Shown: in pieces, positions 10,953-20,254 of the stretch
Position numbering within the stretch: the stretch's first letter is position 1
Layout of the letters: every line of letters begins with the position of its first letter
From: Coraliomargarita sp.
GTDB taxonomy: Bacteria; Verrucomicrobiota; Verrucomicrobiia; Opitutales; Coraliomargaritaceae
Assembly: GCA_965216325.1 (NCBI GenBank)
Contig: OZ244160.1
Span: forward strand, 544,001 to 608,000
Reading direction: 5' to 3'
DNA length: 64,000 nt
Translations under genes and position numbers: made by a program
Notes under the pieces: model-generated
Told to the model about the DNA's origin: nothing
The model's input: only the letters and a program-made list of their open reading frames with translations
Database searches by the model: none

Positions 10953-12858
10953 GTGTGCCGAGCATGCGCTCGATGTAAAAGTGGTTAAAGTCCGCTATAG
11001 TAAGAACCTAATCATAAAATGAAAGAACTATTACCAGATGCCAAGGGCGTTGTCGTGAGGCAGGGTCTGAAGGAAGGCTATGGGAAAGCTGCGAGCTGAT
11101 GAACAAAAACTGCATAGAAGGCCGACGTGGTCTGGTGAGCTGGCACCACACAGCGAAACCGCTAGGTTCAGCCACGCAGGTAAATGCAGCAGTTGTGCAG
11201 CGGAGCATCGAGTGCTTACCTCGGGAGGCCTCAGCGAGTGGCATGGGTTGGCTTAAAGGTGTCAATCAAGCCCATGCACCTGAGTCAGTAATGACACAGG
11301 CGGCACTGGTTGAGGATTCAGCAGCGAGCATAGTAGTCATGGAACCGCGAGCCATGAGTAGGTCGATAGGCCGAAGAGCATGGAGGTCTCGAACGTGATG
11401 AAGGCTCAAACCGTATATGGGCAGTCCGACCCGCAGGCAGGTTCACCTCTCACTGGCACAGACCCGTGTCGAGAGCTGGGCGATGTTTGTGCAGGGAAGC
11501 ATGGGGCTGCCGAGCAAGAACTACTGGAGTTGATGCTGGACCGCGCTAATCTGAACGCAGCTTGGCGGCGTGTGCGCAGCAACGGTGGAGCTTCTGGCAT
11601 CGACGGTATGTCGATCGAGGACTTTCTGCCGTTTGCGCGCGAGCACTGGTCACGGATCGAGACTCAACTGAAAGAGGGAACCTACCAGCCAGCCGCGGTG
11701 CGCCGCGTCTGGATACCGAAGGACAATGGGGAGAAGCGCCCACTGGGCATCCCCACGGTGTTGGATCGTGTGATCCAGCAAGCCATCGCTCAGGTAATTG
11801 CGCCGATCTTTGAGGCACAGTTCAGTGAGCACAGCTTCGGCTTTCGTCCAGAACGCCGAGCCCATGACGCAGTCAAGTCGATCCAAAGCGCAGCCACTGA
11901 AGGTCACGTGTACGCGGTCGATTGTGACCTGAAGTCATTCTTCGACACGGTCGATCATCGTGAATTGATGCAGCGTCTAGCGCGCCGGATCAAAGACGGG
12001 CGCGTGTTGCGCCTGATCTACCGCTACCTGAAAGCAGGCATCCGCTTGCCCGATGGCAACACCGAGGCAACCGCCGAGGGGGTGCCACAGGGGGGACCGC
12101 TCAGTCCGCTACTGGCCAATATCATGCTCGATGACCTCGACCATGAACTCGAACAACGCGGGCACCGTTTCGCACGCTACGCCGACGATTTTGTTATCGT
12201 CGTCCAAAGCAAGCGAGCGGCTGAGCGCGTGATGCACAGCATCAGTGGCTTCATCGAAGCGAAGCTCAAACTGATCGTGAATCGCGAGAAAACGAAGGCG
12301 GGTCGGCTGACACAGTGCAGCTTCCTCGGATTCGTGATCTCGCCCAAGCGTATCCGCTGCTTGGATACCAAACTGCACACGTTCAAGAAGACCATCCGTC
12401 AAATCACCTGTCGCAGTTGGGGCATCTCCATGGAGGAACGCCTCGAACGTCTACGACTGTATGTGAATGGCTGGCTGGGTTACTTCGCTATCGGTGTGCC
12501 GTTCAAGGATATCCGCAGCATGGATCAATGGCTACGAAGGCGTGTGCGCTTGTGCTACTGGAAACAGTGGCGTTTACCGCGCACGCGCTACCGCAAGCTA
12601 CGCGCGCTTGGGATCAACCCGAAGACGATTAAGCAGGCTAGTCGTTGTCGAAAAGGCTACTGGCGCTGCAGCAAACTGCGAGTGGTCAGTATCGCGATGA
12701 ACAACCAATGGCTCGCCGAACAAGGCTGCCCCTCAATCAAAGAACAGTGGCTCAAACTCTGCTATCCAAACGGATAGCTCTAACGGAACCGCCGTGCTAC
12801 GGAGCCGTATGGCCGGTGGTGTGGGGGCGGGAGTCAGTGATGGCTCCCGCTACCCGAT
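10953..12858 (+). mobile_element. Group II intron A, copy 2 (1906 nt)
   Basis: Near-identical to 6373-8278 (about 8 substitutions counted by eye); inserted at GT|T of the attC R'' bottom strand. Confidence 0.92.
11380..12777 (+). CDS. ltrA: Intron-encoded reverse transcriptase/maturase of intron A copy 2
   Basis: Identical to the 6800-8197 protein except AK->TE near residue 173. Confidence 0.93.
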   Translation: MEVSNVMKAQTVYGQSDPQAGSPLTGTDPCRELGDVCAGKHGAAEQELLELMLDRANLNAAWRRVRSNGGASGIDGMSIEDFLPFAREHWSRIETQLKEGTYQPAAVRRVWIPKDNGEKRPLGIPTVLDRVIQQAIAQVIAPIFEAQFSEHSFGFRPERRAHDAVKSIQSAATEGHVYAVDCDLKSFFDTVDHRELMQRLARRIKDGRVLRLIYRYLKAGIRLPDGNTEATAEGVPQGGPLSPLLANIMLDDLDHELEQRGHRFARYADDFVIVVQSKRAAERVMHSISGFIEAKLKLIVNREKTKAGRLTQCSFLGFVISPKRIRCLDTKLHTFKKTIRQITCRSWGISMEERLERLRLYVNGWLGYFAIGVPFKDIRSMDQWLRRRVRLCYWKQWRLPRTRYRKLRALGINPKTIKQASRCRKGYWRCSKLRVVSIAMNNQWLAEQGCPSIKEQWLKLCYPNG

Positions 12859-13781
12859 TGGGTCTTTAATTCTCTAGCCATTCCGACAGCAGCAAAATCT
12901 GCCTTATCGAAGTCTATAGTCTGATTTTTAATCAGCGAGGAGTCTGTCACGACTGCAATATTCACGGACAAACTTGAGATGCCTTTCTCTATTTTTTGTC
13001 CTACTAATCTTGCACCCACGACCAAATGTTTGGTTCCTGAGCCTTTCCAATTGATTGGTTCACTCAACTCGGAAAGCACATAATCCGATCCATCTTCCGA
13101 AGAGAACCTCTTCAAGCACTTTACTTTCAGCGGGAGTAATTGCTCCAGTTCTTCAGGACCTGAGTCGGTAGAGTAGATTTCAATCTCCAAGTCGGATATC
13201 TTAGCAGAAGAGGAGGAGTTCATCGCAATCTCTTTGAATTTAGCATAGAGATCAGGTGGCATGATATACTCGAAAGTTTCATGTTTCGGGTTTATTACCA
13301 ATCCAATGTCTCCACCAAATGCAGTAAGAATACTCTTCATTGGCGCCCAAGCCATATAGCGATAATCCTTCTTCTGCTCCTCGAGATTATCTGCGTATTC
13401 GTTCCTCGTGAAAATGGGCAAGAGTGGCCTGTTCTCTGAGTCGGCAAGTAGGAGGACGCTGTTTAAATCATTTGGGTCCTTGGTAAGCATGCCGACTTCG
13501 GCTTCTTCGAGCGATTTTAGGAAGCCAGGGAGGTATTCCTTCATGCCCATTTTGATTAGTCCGATGGCTGCATCGACGTCATTGCCTTCTGACTTGGCGT
13601 GCTTTTCTAGCTCTGTCGCAATGTCTTTCTTCTGGTTAGGCGACAGGTCCTGTTTCTTTGTCGATCTTGCAGGCTCTCCAGTAGCTTGCTCTTTTTTTCT
13701 TTTATTCTTCTTCGGAAGATAAACGAAAAAATAGAGACCTAGGATTAATAGTAAGACAGGTATTAGGCTTCCATCATTCAT
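12834..13781 (-). CDS. Cassette gene: N-terminally membrane-anchored SseB-like domain protein
   Basis: N-terminal TM helix; LLLADSENRPLLPIFT...GLVINP resembles the SseB N-terminal family; AT-rich; lies between attC5 and attC4. Confidence 0.6.
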   Translation of the reverse strand: MNDGSLIPVLLLILGLYFFVYLPKKNKRKKEQATGEPARSTKKQDLSPNQKKDIATELEKHAKSEGNDVDAAIGLIKMGMKEYLPGFLKSLEEAEVGMLTKDPNDLNSVLLLADSENRPLLPIFTRNEYADNLEEQKKDYRYMAWAPMKSILTAFGGDIGLVINPKHETFEYIMPPDLYAKFKEIAMNSSSSAKISDLEIEIYSTDSGPEELEQLLPLKVKCLKRFSSEDGSDYVLSELSEPINWKGSGTKHLVVGARLVGQKIEKGISSLSVNIAVVTDSSLIKNQTIDFDKADFAAVGMARELKTQSGSGSHH

Positions 13782-13791
13782 AATTTATTTT

Positions 13792-13847
13792 TGCTAACGT
13801 GGAGCATGAGCGACGGCGTAGCCGTTGCTCAATGCGCCTTGTTGGGT
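13792..13847 (-). other. attC site 5 (intact, 56 bp)
   Basis: Plus strand TGCTAAC GTGGAGCATGAGCGACGGC GTA GCCGTTGCTCAATGCGCCTT GTTGGGT, abutting the nucleotidase stop; GTTGGGT complements the cassette start ACCCAAC at 14784-14790; arms resemble attC2. Confidence 0.88.
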
Positions 13848-14771
13848 CTATTTATTTGCAATTCCAAATGGGATGTGAACCAGAGGGACATCTTTAAGGT
13901 CTGTATCCAGATGAGATACTTGATCGTCAAAGAACATGTGTGGCTTCATTATCTCTAAGAACCTCTTCTTTTCGATTCCTCCAGTTAAAATCATTTCATC
14001 TACTTCCACATTCCATGCTTTCAAAGTATTGATCGCTCGCTCATGCGATGGAGCATTTCGTGCGGTAAGAATCGATGTTTTCAGCATCTTCTGATACGAT
14101 GGATCCTTCCTCCTTTTCTTTGTTTCTAGCTTTTGGAAAAACGATAACTTCTTGAAGAAGTCAGCTAATAGTCCCGGGTTTAGAGGTATGTCTGATTTTG
14201 TGGTTTCGTGCTGATGGAACATGTCCAACTGTCCGGTAGTTTTATAGACGATTTCCGCCTCATCATCTGCAAGAACACCGTCAAAGTCGAATGCCACTCT
14301 TAGTTCGCTATCATCATTGTCACTAACGTCAGTATGCAGCATTAAGCCCGCTGGGTGGGAGCTCTCTATTGCTTCTTTAACATCATGTTGATTCGTTGAT
14401 AAGAACAATGAGATGTTAAAGGCAGGGATGTAACGAAATGGCGCAGCACCAGTAGTAAAGCATGCACGTGAGATATCTAAACCATGCTCTTTGATTGAAT
14501 TGAAGGCTCTGATGCCAGTTTCGGGGCTATTTCTTGATAGGAGCACAACCTCAACGGGCTGTTCTTTTGAGTAGACCTTATTGATCTCCAGGAAACGCCG
14601 AATGAATGGAAACGCTGTCCCTTTTTCTAATGGCTTATTCTTATTTTCGATCTGATACTTCATGTAGGCTTCCACACCATTATTTTTGTATATGGAATCC
14701 TCGTGCCTAAGATCGAATAGGGCGTTTGTGGAAACTCCTACGACTAGAGTTCTGTCAATCGGATATGGCAT
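13848..14771 (-). CDS. Cassette gene: 5'-nucleotidase (cN-I-like HAD family)
   Basis: LVVGVSTNALFDL, VEVVLLSRNSPETG, LRVAFDFDGVLADDEAE, TARNAPSHERA, PHMFFDDQ. Confidence 0.85.
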   Translation of the reverse strand: MPYPIDRTLVVGVSTNALFDLRHEDSIYKNNGVEAYMKYQIENKNKPLEKGTAFPFIRRFLEINKVYSKEQPVEVVLLSRNSPETGIRAFNSIKEHGLDISRACFTTGAAPFRYIPAFNISLFLSTNQHDVKEAIESSHPAGLMLHTDVSDNDDSELRVAFDFDGVLADDEAEIVYKTTGQLDMFHQHETTKSDIPLNPGLLADFFKKLSFFQKLETKKRRKDPSYQKMLKTSILTARNAPSHERAINTLKAWNVEVDEMILTGGIEKKRFLEIMKPHMFFDDQVSHLDTDLKDVPLVHIPFGIANK

Positions 14772-14783
14772 TTATTTTATTCT

Positions 14784-14820
14784 ACCCAACAGTGTTATGT
14801 AACGGACTCAGTCCGTGATT
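14784..14820 (-). promoter_or_regulatory. Putative attI-like site at the head of the cassette array
   Basis: The first cassette begins with GTTGGGT but is preceded by GTTACATAACACT and a 7-1-7 palindrome instead of an attC. Confidence 0.5.
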
Positions 14821-15163
14821 AGCTGGTTTAGGGATTTGTAAAAAACTTACGTTTTTTGATTTAAGTGATCTTGTTAAGGGGCGTTACACCAGTAGTAGAG
14901 GCAGATTGGAATCGGATCATGGTTTTGAGGTAAGGCAAAATGGCTTCTTTTCGCAAGGTTTGTTTCCTGCAAATGACGGACTCAGGGACGCATTTTGGTA
15001 TGAGTCCGTGATTGGCAGGAAACTGCTTGGGTAGCTTGGATCTCTTGCGGTGTGTCAAGTCGTTGTGTGCCAATTGTATCCGAGTGAATTCGCCTTGTGA
15101 GTCGATTTTGCGAGTTCGTAAATTCACGGACTCGTGGGGTGGCAGCTGAGCTTTTTGAGCAAC

Positions 15164-16111
15164 TTATTGATTGCGGCTGATCGTGCTGCTGGCGGGCAGG
15201 ATTTCTTCGAGGTCTTCGGCGGCTTCGAGGGCGCTGTGGTCACCGGTAGCCCAGGTCTCTATGCCGGGGAGTTTCCTGTAGAGAATACGATGATAGAGGG
15301 CGCGGGGCACGAGTCGTGTCATGAGGGTGAAGAAACGGGCGTCGAGGCTGGCGGGGATGCGTAGTGGTGGATTTTTACGTTGCATGGTGCGTAGGATCAC
15401 TGCGGCAATATGCTCCGGTGTAGCACGGGCGTTGTTCATGTAATGCGAAATGAAATGCCCCATATTCCAATAGTAGTTGGCGTAGGTTTGGGAGCCTTCG
15501 ACCGCGTCTTTGGCGGCGCTGCTGATATAGACGTTTTTAAAGGACTTGGAGCGAACGAAGCCGGGTTGCACCAGAGAAACGTGCACGCCCCAAGGCTTCA
15601 TCTCGTAGTAGAGGGCTAAGGAAATACCCTCGAGGGCGAACTTGGATGAACTATACAGGCCCATGGTGGGCATGGCCATCATGCCGCCGACGGAGGAGAC
15701 GTTGATGATGCGGCCACTGCGTTGGCTGCGCATGTGGGGCAAGCAGAGGCGTGCGAGGTGGAGTGGGCCAAAGAGGTTGGTGCGGAACTGCAGTTTGACG
15801 TCTGCTTCGCTGAGGTGCTCGACCACCGAGCGGTAGGAGATGCCTGCGTTGTTGATCAAGATGTCGACGCTACCCCAGCGTTGCGCGACTGCGTCAATCG
15901 CGGCCTTGCGGGAGTCGGGCTCGGTCAGCTCCATGGCTTGGAAGCGTAAGTGCTCGGATTCGCTCAGGTCCGCGGCGATGAGCTTCTCGACTGAGCGCGC
16001 ACTGGCCACTACGCGGTAGCGGTCGGGGAGGGCCGCGAGTTGCCGAACCAGGGCCAAGCCAATCCCAGAGCTGCTTCCGGTGACGAACACGACTGACGCT
16101 TGGTTGGGCAT
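15164..16111 (-). CDS. Short-chain dehydrogenase/reductase (SDR)
   Basis: TGSSSGIG, NNAG, NVSS, YSSSK. Confidence 0.92.
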   Translation of the reverse strand: MPNQASVVFVTGSSSGIGLALVRQLAALPDRYRVVASARSVEKLIAADLSESEHLRFQAMELTEPDSRKAAIDAVAQRWGSVDILINNAGISYRSVVEHLSEADVKLQFRTNLFGPLHLARLCLPHMRSQRSGRIINVSSVGGMMAMPTMGLYSSSKFALEGISLALYYEMKPWGVHVSLVQPGFVRSKSFKNVYISSAAKDAVEGSQTYANYYWNMGHFISHYMNNARATPEHIAAVILRTMQRKNPPLRIPASLDARFFTLMTRLVPRALYHRILYRKLPGIETWATGDHSALEAAEDLEEILPASSTISRNQ

Positions 16112-16442
16112 AGCTTACGCTAATTTCGCTTTGGTGATGTGTCAAATGGGGCTGGCGCGGTGTGAGCGCACAGAGTGCGCTGAGAGTGGAAAGTTGATAT
16201 TAGGTATGGGCTGTGCTGGCTAGCGGGTGACATACCGCGCTGGTGCATGGCTCACTCATTACACGAATTGACGCGAATCGCTTAAGGATAGCTTCCTGGG
16301 GATTCGTGAGATTGGTGGGCGGATTTTAACTCTAGCTGTTGGTATCCAGTCGTTTAAGTGGGGGTTGGGGTGCTCGGGATGAATGATGCTTTGCGTTAGT
16401 TATCGATTTTATTCATGTAAAACGTCGTTCTATGAATTGAGT

Positions 16443-16458
16443 TGGCATGCGATTCGCT
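16443..16458 (+). promoter_or_regulatory. Putative sigma-54 (-24/-12) promoter of nirBD
   Basis: TGGCATGCGATTCGCT has correctly spaced GG-N10-GC, ~60 nt upstream of nirB. Confidence 0.6.
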
Positions 16459-16517
16459 ATTTATCCGTACATCACTGGCTGATCTGGCCGCACACTTAGA
16501 CTACCCTCAGCAACAAC

Positions 16518-19028
16518 ATGAGCACACAAAACATCGTCGTAATCGGAAATGGCATGGTCGGCTGCAAATTTTGCGCCCGCCTGATCGAGAAGGACACCGA
16601 TAAGCAGTTCAATATCATAACTTTCTGTGAAGAGCCACGCCCGGCCTATGACCGCGTGCACCTCTCCGAATACTTCTCCGGCAAGACAGCGGAGGACCTG
16701 ATGCTACAGCCGCTCAAGTGGTATGAGGACAACGGCATTATGATCCACTTGGAGGACAAGGCGGTCAAAATTGACCGTGAGGCGAAAAAAGTGATCTCCG
16801 AGAAGGGCGTCGAAGTCAGCTACGACAAGGTGATCATGGCGACCGGTTCGTTGCCGTTCGTGCCCCCAGTGCCGGGCATCGAGAAGCAGGGCGTGTTTGT
16901 CTACCGTACCATCGAAGACCTGGAGGGCATGATGGAGCATGGTAAGTCCGCGACCAAGGCTGCGGTGATCGGCGGTGGTCTGCTTGGTTTGGAAGCTGCG
17001 AAGGCAGCACAAGACATGGGTATGGAAACCCATGTCGTTGAATTTGCGCCACGCCTGATGGCGAGGCAGGTCGATGAGGCCGGAGGGGAAATCCTTTGTA
17101 ACATCATCGAGAACCGTGACATCCAGGTGCACCTGAGCAAGGCCACCACGAACATCAAGGGGGGCGAGACCGTCACCGGTATGGAGTTCAAAGATGGCAG
17201 CGAGCTCGATGTAGACATGATAATTGTTTCTGCTGGTATCCGTCCGCGCGATGATCTGGCCCGGGATTGTGGTCTCGAGGTCGGGGAGCGCGGCGGTATT
17301 CTGGTCAATGACCAGTTGCTGACCAGCGATCCGGACATTTACGCGATTGGCGAATGTGCGCTGTATAACAACTTCATCTACGGTCTGGTGGCTCCGGGCT
17401 ATACCATGGCCGACGCGGTGGCGACCCAGCTGGTCGGCGGTGAGGCGAGCTTTACCGGGGCGGATATGTCGACCAAGCTCAAGTTGATCGGCACTGACGT
17501 AGCGAGCTTTGGTAACATTGAACCACAGGGCGAGCACAAGAATATCACGATTACGGATCCGCACAGCGGTGTGTATAAGCGCCTGATCCTGACGGAAGAC
17601 GGCAAGCACCTGATCGGTGGTATTCTGATTGGCGATGCCGAAGCCTATGGGAACTTGTTGCAGATGACGCTCAACAATATGGAGCTTCCGGAGGACCCGA
17701 TGAAGTTGATCCTGCCTGCGAGCGATGGTTCGGAAGACATCGGTGGTGGACCCGCAGCGCTGCCAGACTCCGCAACGATCTGCTCCTGTGAGAATGTCAG
17801 TAAGGGCATGATTTGCTCTTCGATTGTGAACGACGGCGTGCGCACGATTGGCGAGATCAAGAGCGTGACCAAGGCTGGCACGGGCTGTGGTGGCTGTGTG
17901 CCGCTGGTTACCAAGCTCCTCAATCATCAGCTCTCCGAGCTTGGTGAAGAAGTGAACACAGACCTTTGTGAGCACTTCCCGTATACGCGGACGGAACTCT
18001 ACGAGATCGTCAAGGTGTCCGGAATTAAGACCTTCGACGAGTTGCTGGGCACCCACGGTAAGGGTGAGCACGGTTGTGAACTCTGTAAGCCTGCGGTCGC
18101 ATCGATCCTCGCCTCGGTGCACAACGATAAGATCATTTCCAAGGACAACGCGAAGCTGCAGGACTCCAATGATCGCTTCCTTGCGAACATCCAGAAGAAC
18201 GGCACCTACTCAGTGGTGCCACGTGTGCCGGGCGGTGAGATTACGGCCGACAAGCTGATCGTGCTCGGTGCGGTGGCCAAGGAATTTGACCTCTACGTAA
18301 AGATCACCGGTGGTCAGCGCATTGACCTCTTCGGTGCGAAGGTGAACGATCTGCCCACAATCTGGCGCAAGTTGATCGATGCTGGTTTCGAAAGTGGTCA
18401 CGCTTACGGTAAGGCGCTGCGCACGATTAAGTCCTGTGTCGGCTCGACCTGGTGTCGCTTCGGTGTGCAGGACAGTGTGGGCCTCGCCATCCGTCTGGAG
18501 AACCGCTACAAGGGCATCCGTGCGCCGCACAAGATCAAGTCCGCTGTCAGTGGCTGCACTCGTGAGTGTGCGGAAGCGCAGAGCAAGGACTTTGGTGTGA
18601 TTGCAACCGAGAAGGGTTACAACCTCTACCTCGGTGGTAATGGCGGTATGAAGCCTCGCCACGCAGACCTCTTTGCGACTGATCTCGATGAGGCAACCAT
18701 CACCAAGTATATCGACCGCTTCCTGATGTATTACATCAAGACCGCCGATAAGTTGACCCGCACCTCGGTTTGGGTGGAGTCGCTCGAGGGCGGGATGGAT
18801 CACCTGCGCGAAGTCATCGTTGATGACAAACTTGGTATTTGCGAGGAGCTCGACAAGCAGATGCAGCACTTGGTCAATACCTACCACTGTGAGTGGAAGG
18901 ATGCGATTGAAGACGAGGAGAAGGTGAAGCTCTTCAAGCACTTCGGTAACAGCGATAGCGATGACCCAACGGTCAAGTTCACCCGCGAGCGCACGCAAAT
19001 CAAGCCGCTCCTGGCTCCGCTTAAATAA
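16518..19028 (+). CDS. nirB: NADH-dependent nitrite reductase large subunit
   Basis: IGNGMVG FAD motif, GGGLLGLEAA, BFD-like CSC...CGGC, CVGSTWC...GCTREC siroheme/4Fe-4S ligands. Confidence 0.96.
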   Translation: MSTQNIVVIGNGMVGCKFCARLIEKDTDKQFNIITFCEEPRPAYDRVHLSEYFSGKTAEDLMLQPLKWYEDNGIMIHLEDKAVKIDREAKKVISEKGVEVSYDKVIMATGSLPFVPPVPGIEKQGVFVYRTIEDLEGMMEHGKSATKAAVIGGGLLGLEAAKAAQDMGMETHVVEFAPRLMARQVDEAGGEILCNIIENRDIQVHLSKATTNIKGGETVTGMEFKDGSELDVDMIIVSAGIRPRDDLARDCGLEVGERGGILVNDQLLTSDPDIYAIGECALYNNFIYGLVAPGYTMADAVATQLVGGEASFTGADMSTKLKLIGTDVASFGNIEPQGEHKNITITDPHSGVYKRLILTEDGKHLIGGILIGDAEAYGNLLQMTLNNMELPEDPMKLILPASDGSEDIGGGPAALPDSATICSCENVSKGMICSSIVNDGVRTIGEIKSVTKAGTGCGGCVPLVTKLLNHQLSELGEEVNTDLCEHFPYTRTELYEIVKVSGIKTFDELLGTHGKGEHGCELCKPAVASILASVHNDKIISKDNAKLQDSNDRFLANIQKNGTYSVVPRVPGGEITADKLIVLGAVAKEFDLYVKITGGQRIDLFGAKVNDLPTIWRKLIDAGFESGHAYGKALRTIKSCVGSTWCRFGVQDSVGLAIRLENRYKGIRAPHKIKSAVSGCTRECAEAQSKDFGVIATEKGYNLYLGGNGGMKPRHADLFATDLDEATITKYIDRFLMYYIKTADKLTRTSVWVESLEGGMDHLREVIVDDKLGICEELDKQMQHLVNTYHCEWKDAIEDEEKVKLFKHFGNSDSDDPTVKFTRERTQIKPLLAPLK

Positions 19029-19085
19029 ACACCACGAACCCCGAGACTCACTCAGACGACAATGAACGGAGCAATACGTATACTT

Positions 19086-19182
19086 GTAGGGGCTTTGCTT
19101 GCGAAGCCCGCAGTCTGCAAGGGTGACTCTGACGCTGAGGGCGTCGCAAGCAACGCCCCTACGTTTTTCAGTTCAATCGCTT
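19086..19182 (+). repeat. GTAG-type REP doublet (family 1) with tail; inverted copy at 51885-51980, degenerate copy ~28908-29023
   Basis: GTAGGGGCTTTGCTTGCGAAGCCC...GGGCGTCGCAAGCAACGCCCCTAC plus TTCAGTTCAATCGCTT tail shared with the 51.9-kb copy. Confidence 0.8.
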
Positions 19183-19221
19183 GAGCTTGTCGCCTCTTAC
19201 CACGAAACACACTTTTTCATT

Positions 19222-19566
19222 ATGACATCAACAATGGACGCACCCACTTGGATTGAAGCCGGTCTCGCCAGCGATTTCCCCGAAGGCCTCGGCATTTGTA
19301 TTCAGCACGGTGATCAGCAGATCGCAGTGTATAACTTCAACGGCGACGAGTGGTATGCGGTGCAAAACCGCTGCCCTCACGAGAACCAGATGGTGCTCTC
19401 TCGCGGCCTGACCGGCACCGAGAACGGCGAGCCAAAGATTGCCTGCCCGCTGCACAAGCGCGCGTTCTCTTTGCGCTCCGGTAAGTTTCTGGGCGAGGGG
19501 GAGATGGCTTGTCTAAGCACTTACGAAGTGAAGTTGGTTGGCGACAAAGTCTTTGTACAAGTTTAG
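19222..19566 (+). CDS. nirD: Nitrite reductase small (Rieske-type) subunit
   Basis: YAVQNRCPH...VLSRGL...KIACPLHKRAFSL; follows nirB. Confidence 0.92.
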   Translation: MTSTMDAPTWIEAGLASDFPEGLGICIQHGDQQIAVYNFNGDEWYAVQNRCPHENQMVLSRGLTGTENGEPKIACPLHKRAFSLRSGKFLGEGEMACLSTYEVKLVGDKVFVQV

Positions 19567-19760
19567 GCGGCCCCTAATCGTAATCATACTCCTTATCTTA
19601 ATCTCCGAAGGGCTGCCTGGGGTAGGATTAGGATTCAGCGTAGGATTAGGAGTCAGGCTTACCCTTGCAACAAATCGATTGTTTTGCTTGTTTGAGTTGA
19701 ATCGGTTCCGGTAAGTGTATTTATTATTCAGTAACTACCTTACTGACTGGGACGACTGCG

Positions 19761-20243
19761 ATGAACGTATTATTTATTGAAGACGAGGAAGATCTCTCCG
19801 CGAGCGGTGTGCTCCAGATGGGGGCGCATGGTTGTCAGGTTACTCCTGCGTATGACTTGGCGCAAGCACGTGAATTACTGGAGTCGGGGCAGAAGTTTCG
19901 TCTCGTCATTGCGGACCACCGTTTGCCTGATGGCTTGGGTATTCAATTTGTCGCTGAGATGAAGGAGCTGTATCCGAAGGTGCAGTTTGTTGTGGTTTCC
20001 GGCTGCCTATCGGATGAGGACGTAGTCAAATTGGATGAGATTCAGATTCCGTCCTATCGTAAGCCATTGCTTTACAGTAAGATTGTGGATAAATTACGTC
20101 GCGATTTAGTGATGAATGCTCCAGTTGCCGAGCCCACCCCGCCGCCGGAAACTGAAGCGGCAGGTGAGGCACCAGCGTCTGAGCCAGAAGCTGAATCGGA
20201 GACACCTGAGCCAAAGCGTAAGAAGTTTTTTGGCCTCTTTTAA
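19761..20243 (+). CDS. Single-domain response regulator with Pro/Glu-rich tail
   Basis: VLFIEDE, LVIADHRLPDG, VVSG, RKP. Confidence 0.85.
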   Translation: MNVLFIEDEEDLSASGVLQMGAHGCQVTPAYDLAQARELLESGQKFRLVIADHRLPDGLGIQFVAEMKELYPKVQFVVVSGCLSDEDVVKLDEIQIPSYRKPLLYSKIVDKLRRDLVMNAPVAEPTPPPETEAAGEAPASEPEAESETPEPKRKKFFGLF

Positions 20244-20254
20244 ATCCCGCTTGA

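Larger units (their letters stand above)
10893..12863 (-). other. attC site 4, split by intron A copy 2 (left part 10893-10952, right part 12859-12863)
   Basis: Plus strand TGCCAAC...GAGGGGTAATCACTG-GGCGCAGCA-CAGTGATTGACCCTCTCGACTGGT|TGGGT. Confidence 0.85.

Noticed and set aside
5701..13847. Spaced palindromes as a CRISPR array, or the RTs as retron/DGR components
   Set aside because: Spacing is gene-sized and no cas genes are present; the RTs have maturase domains and domain V/VI; no TR/VR pair was seen
14861..15127. 88-aa ORF in the array leader as an integrase remnant
   Set aside because: No tyrosine recombinase motifs recognisable on either strand
16704..18998. Long antisense ORFs opposite nirB (also opposite ABC-F, pyc and sulP)
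   Set aside because: Shadow ORFs expected from strong codon bias; no protein motifs
19572..19660. TAATC/GATTAG hexamer hairpin after nirD
   Set aside because: Low-complexity imperfect palindrome with no clear second copy; function cannot be supported
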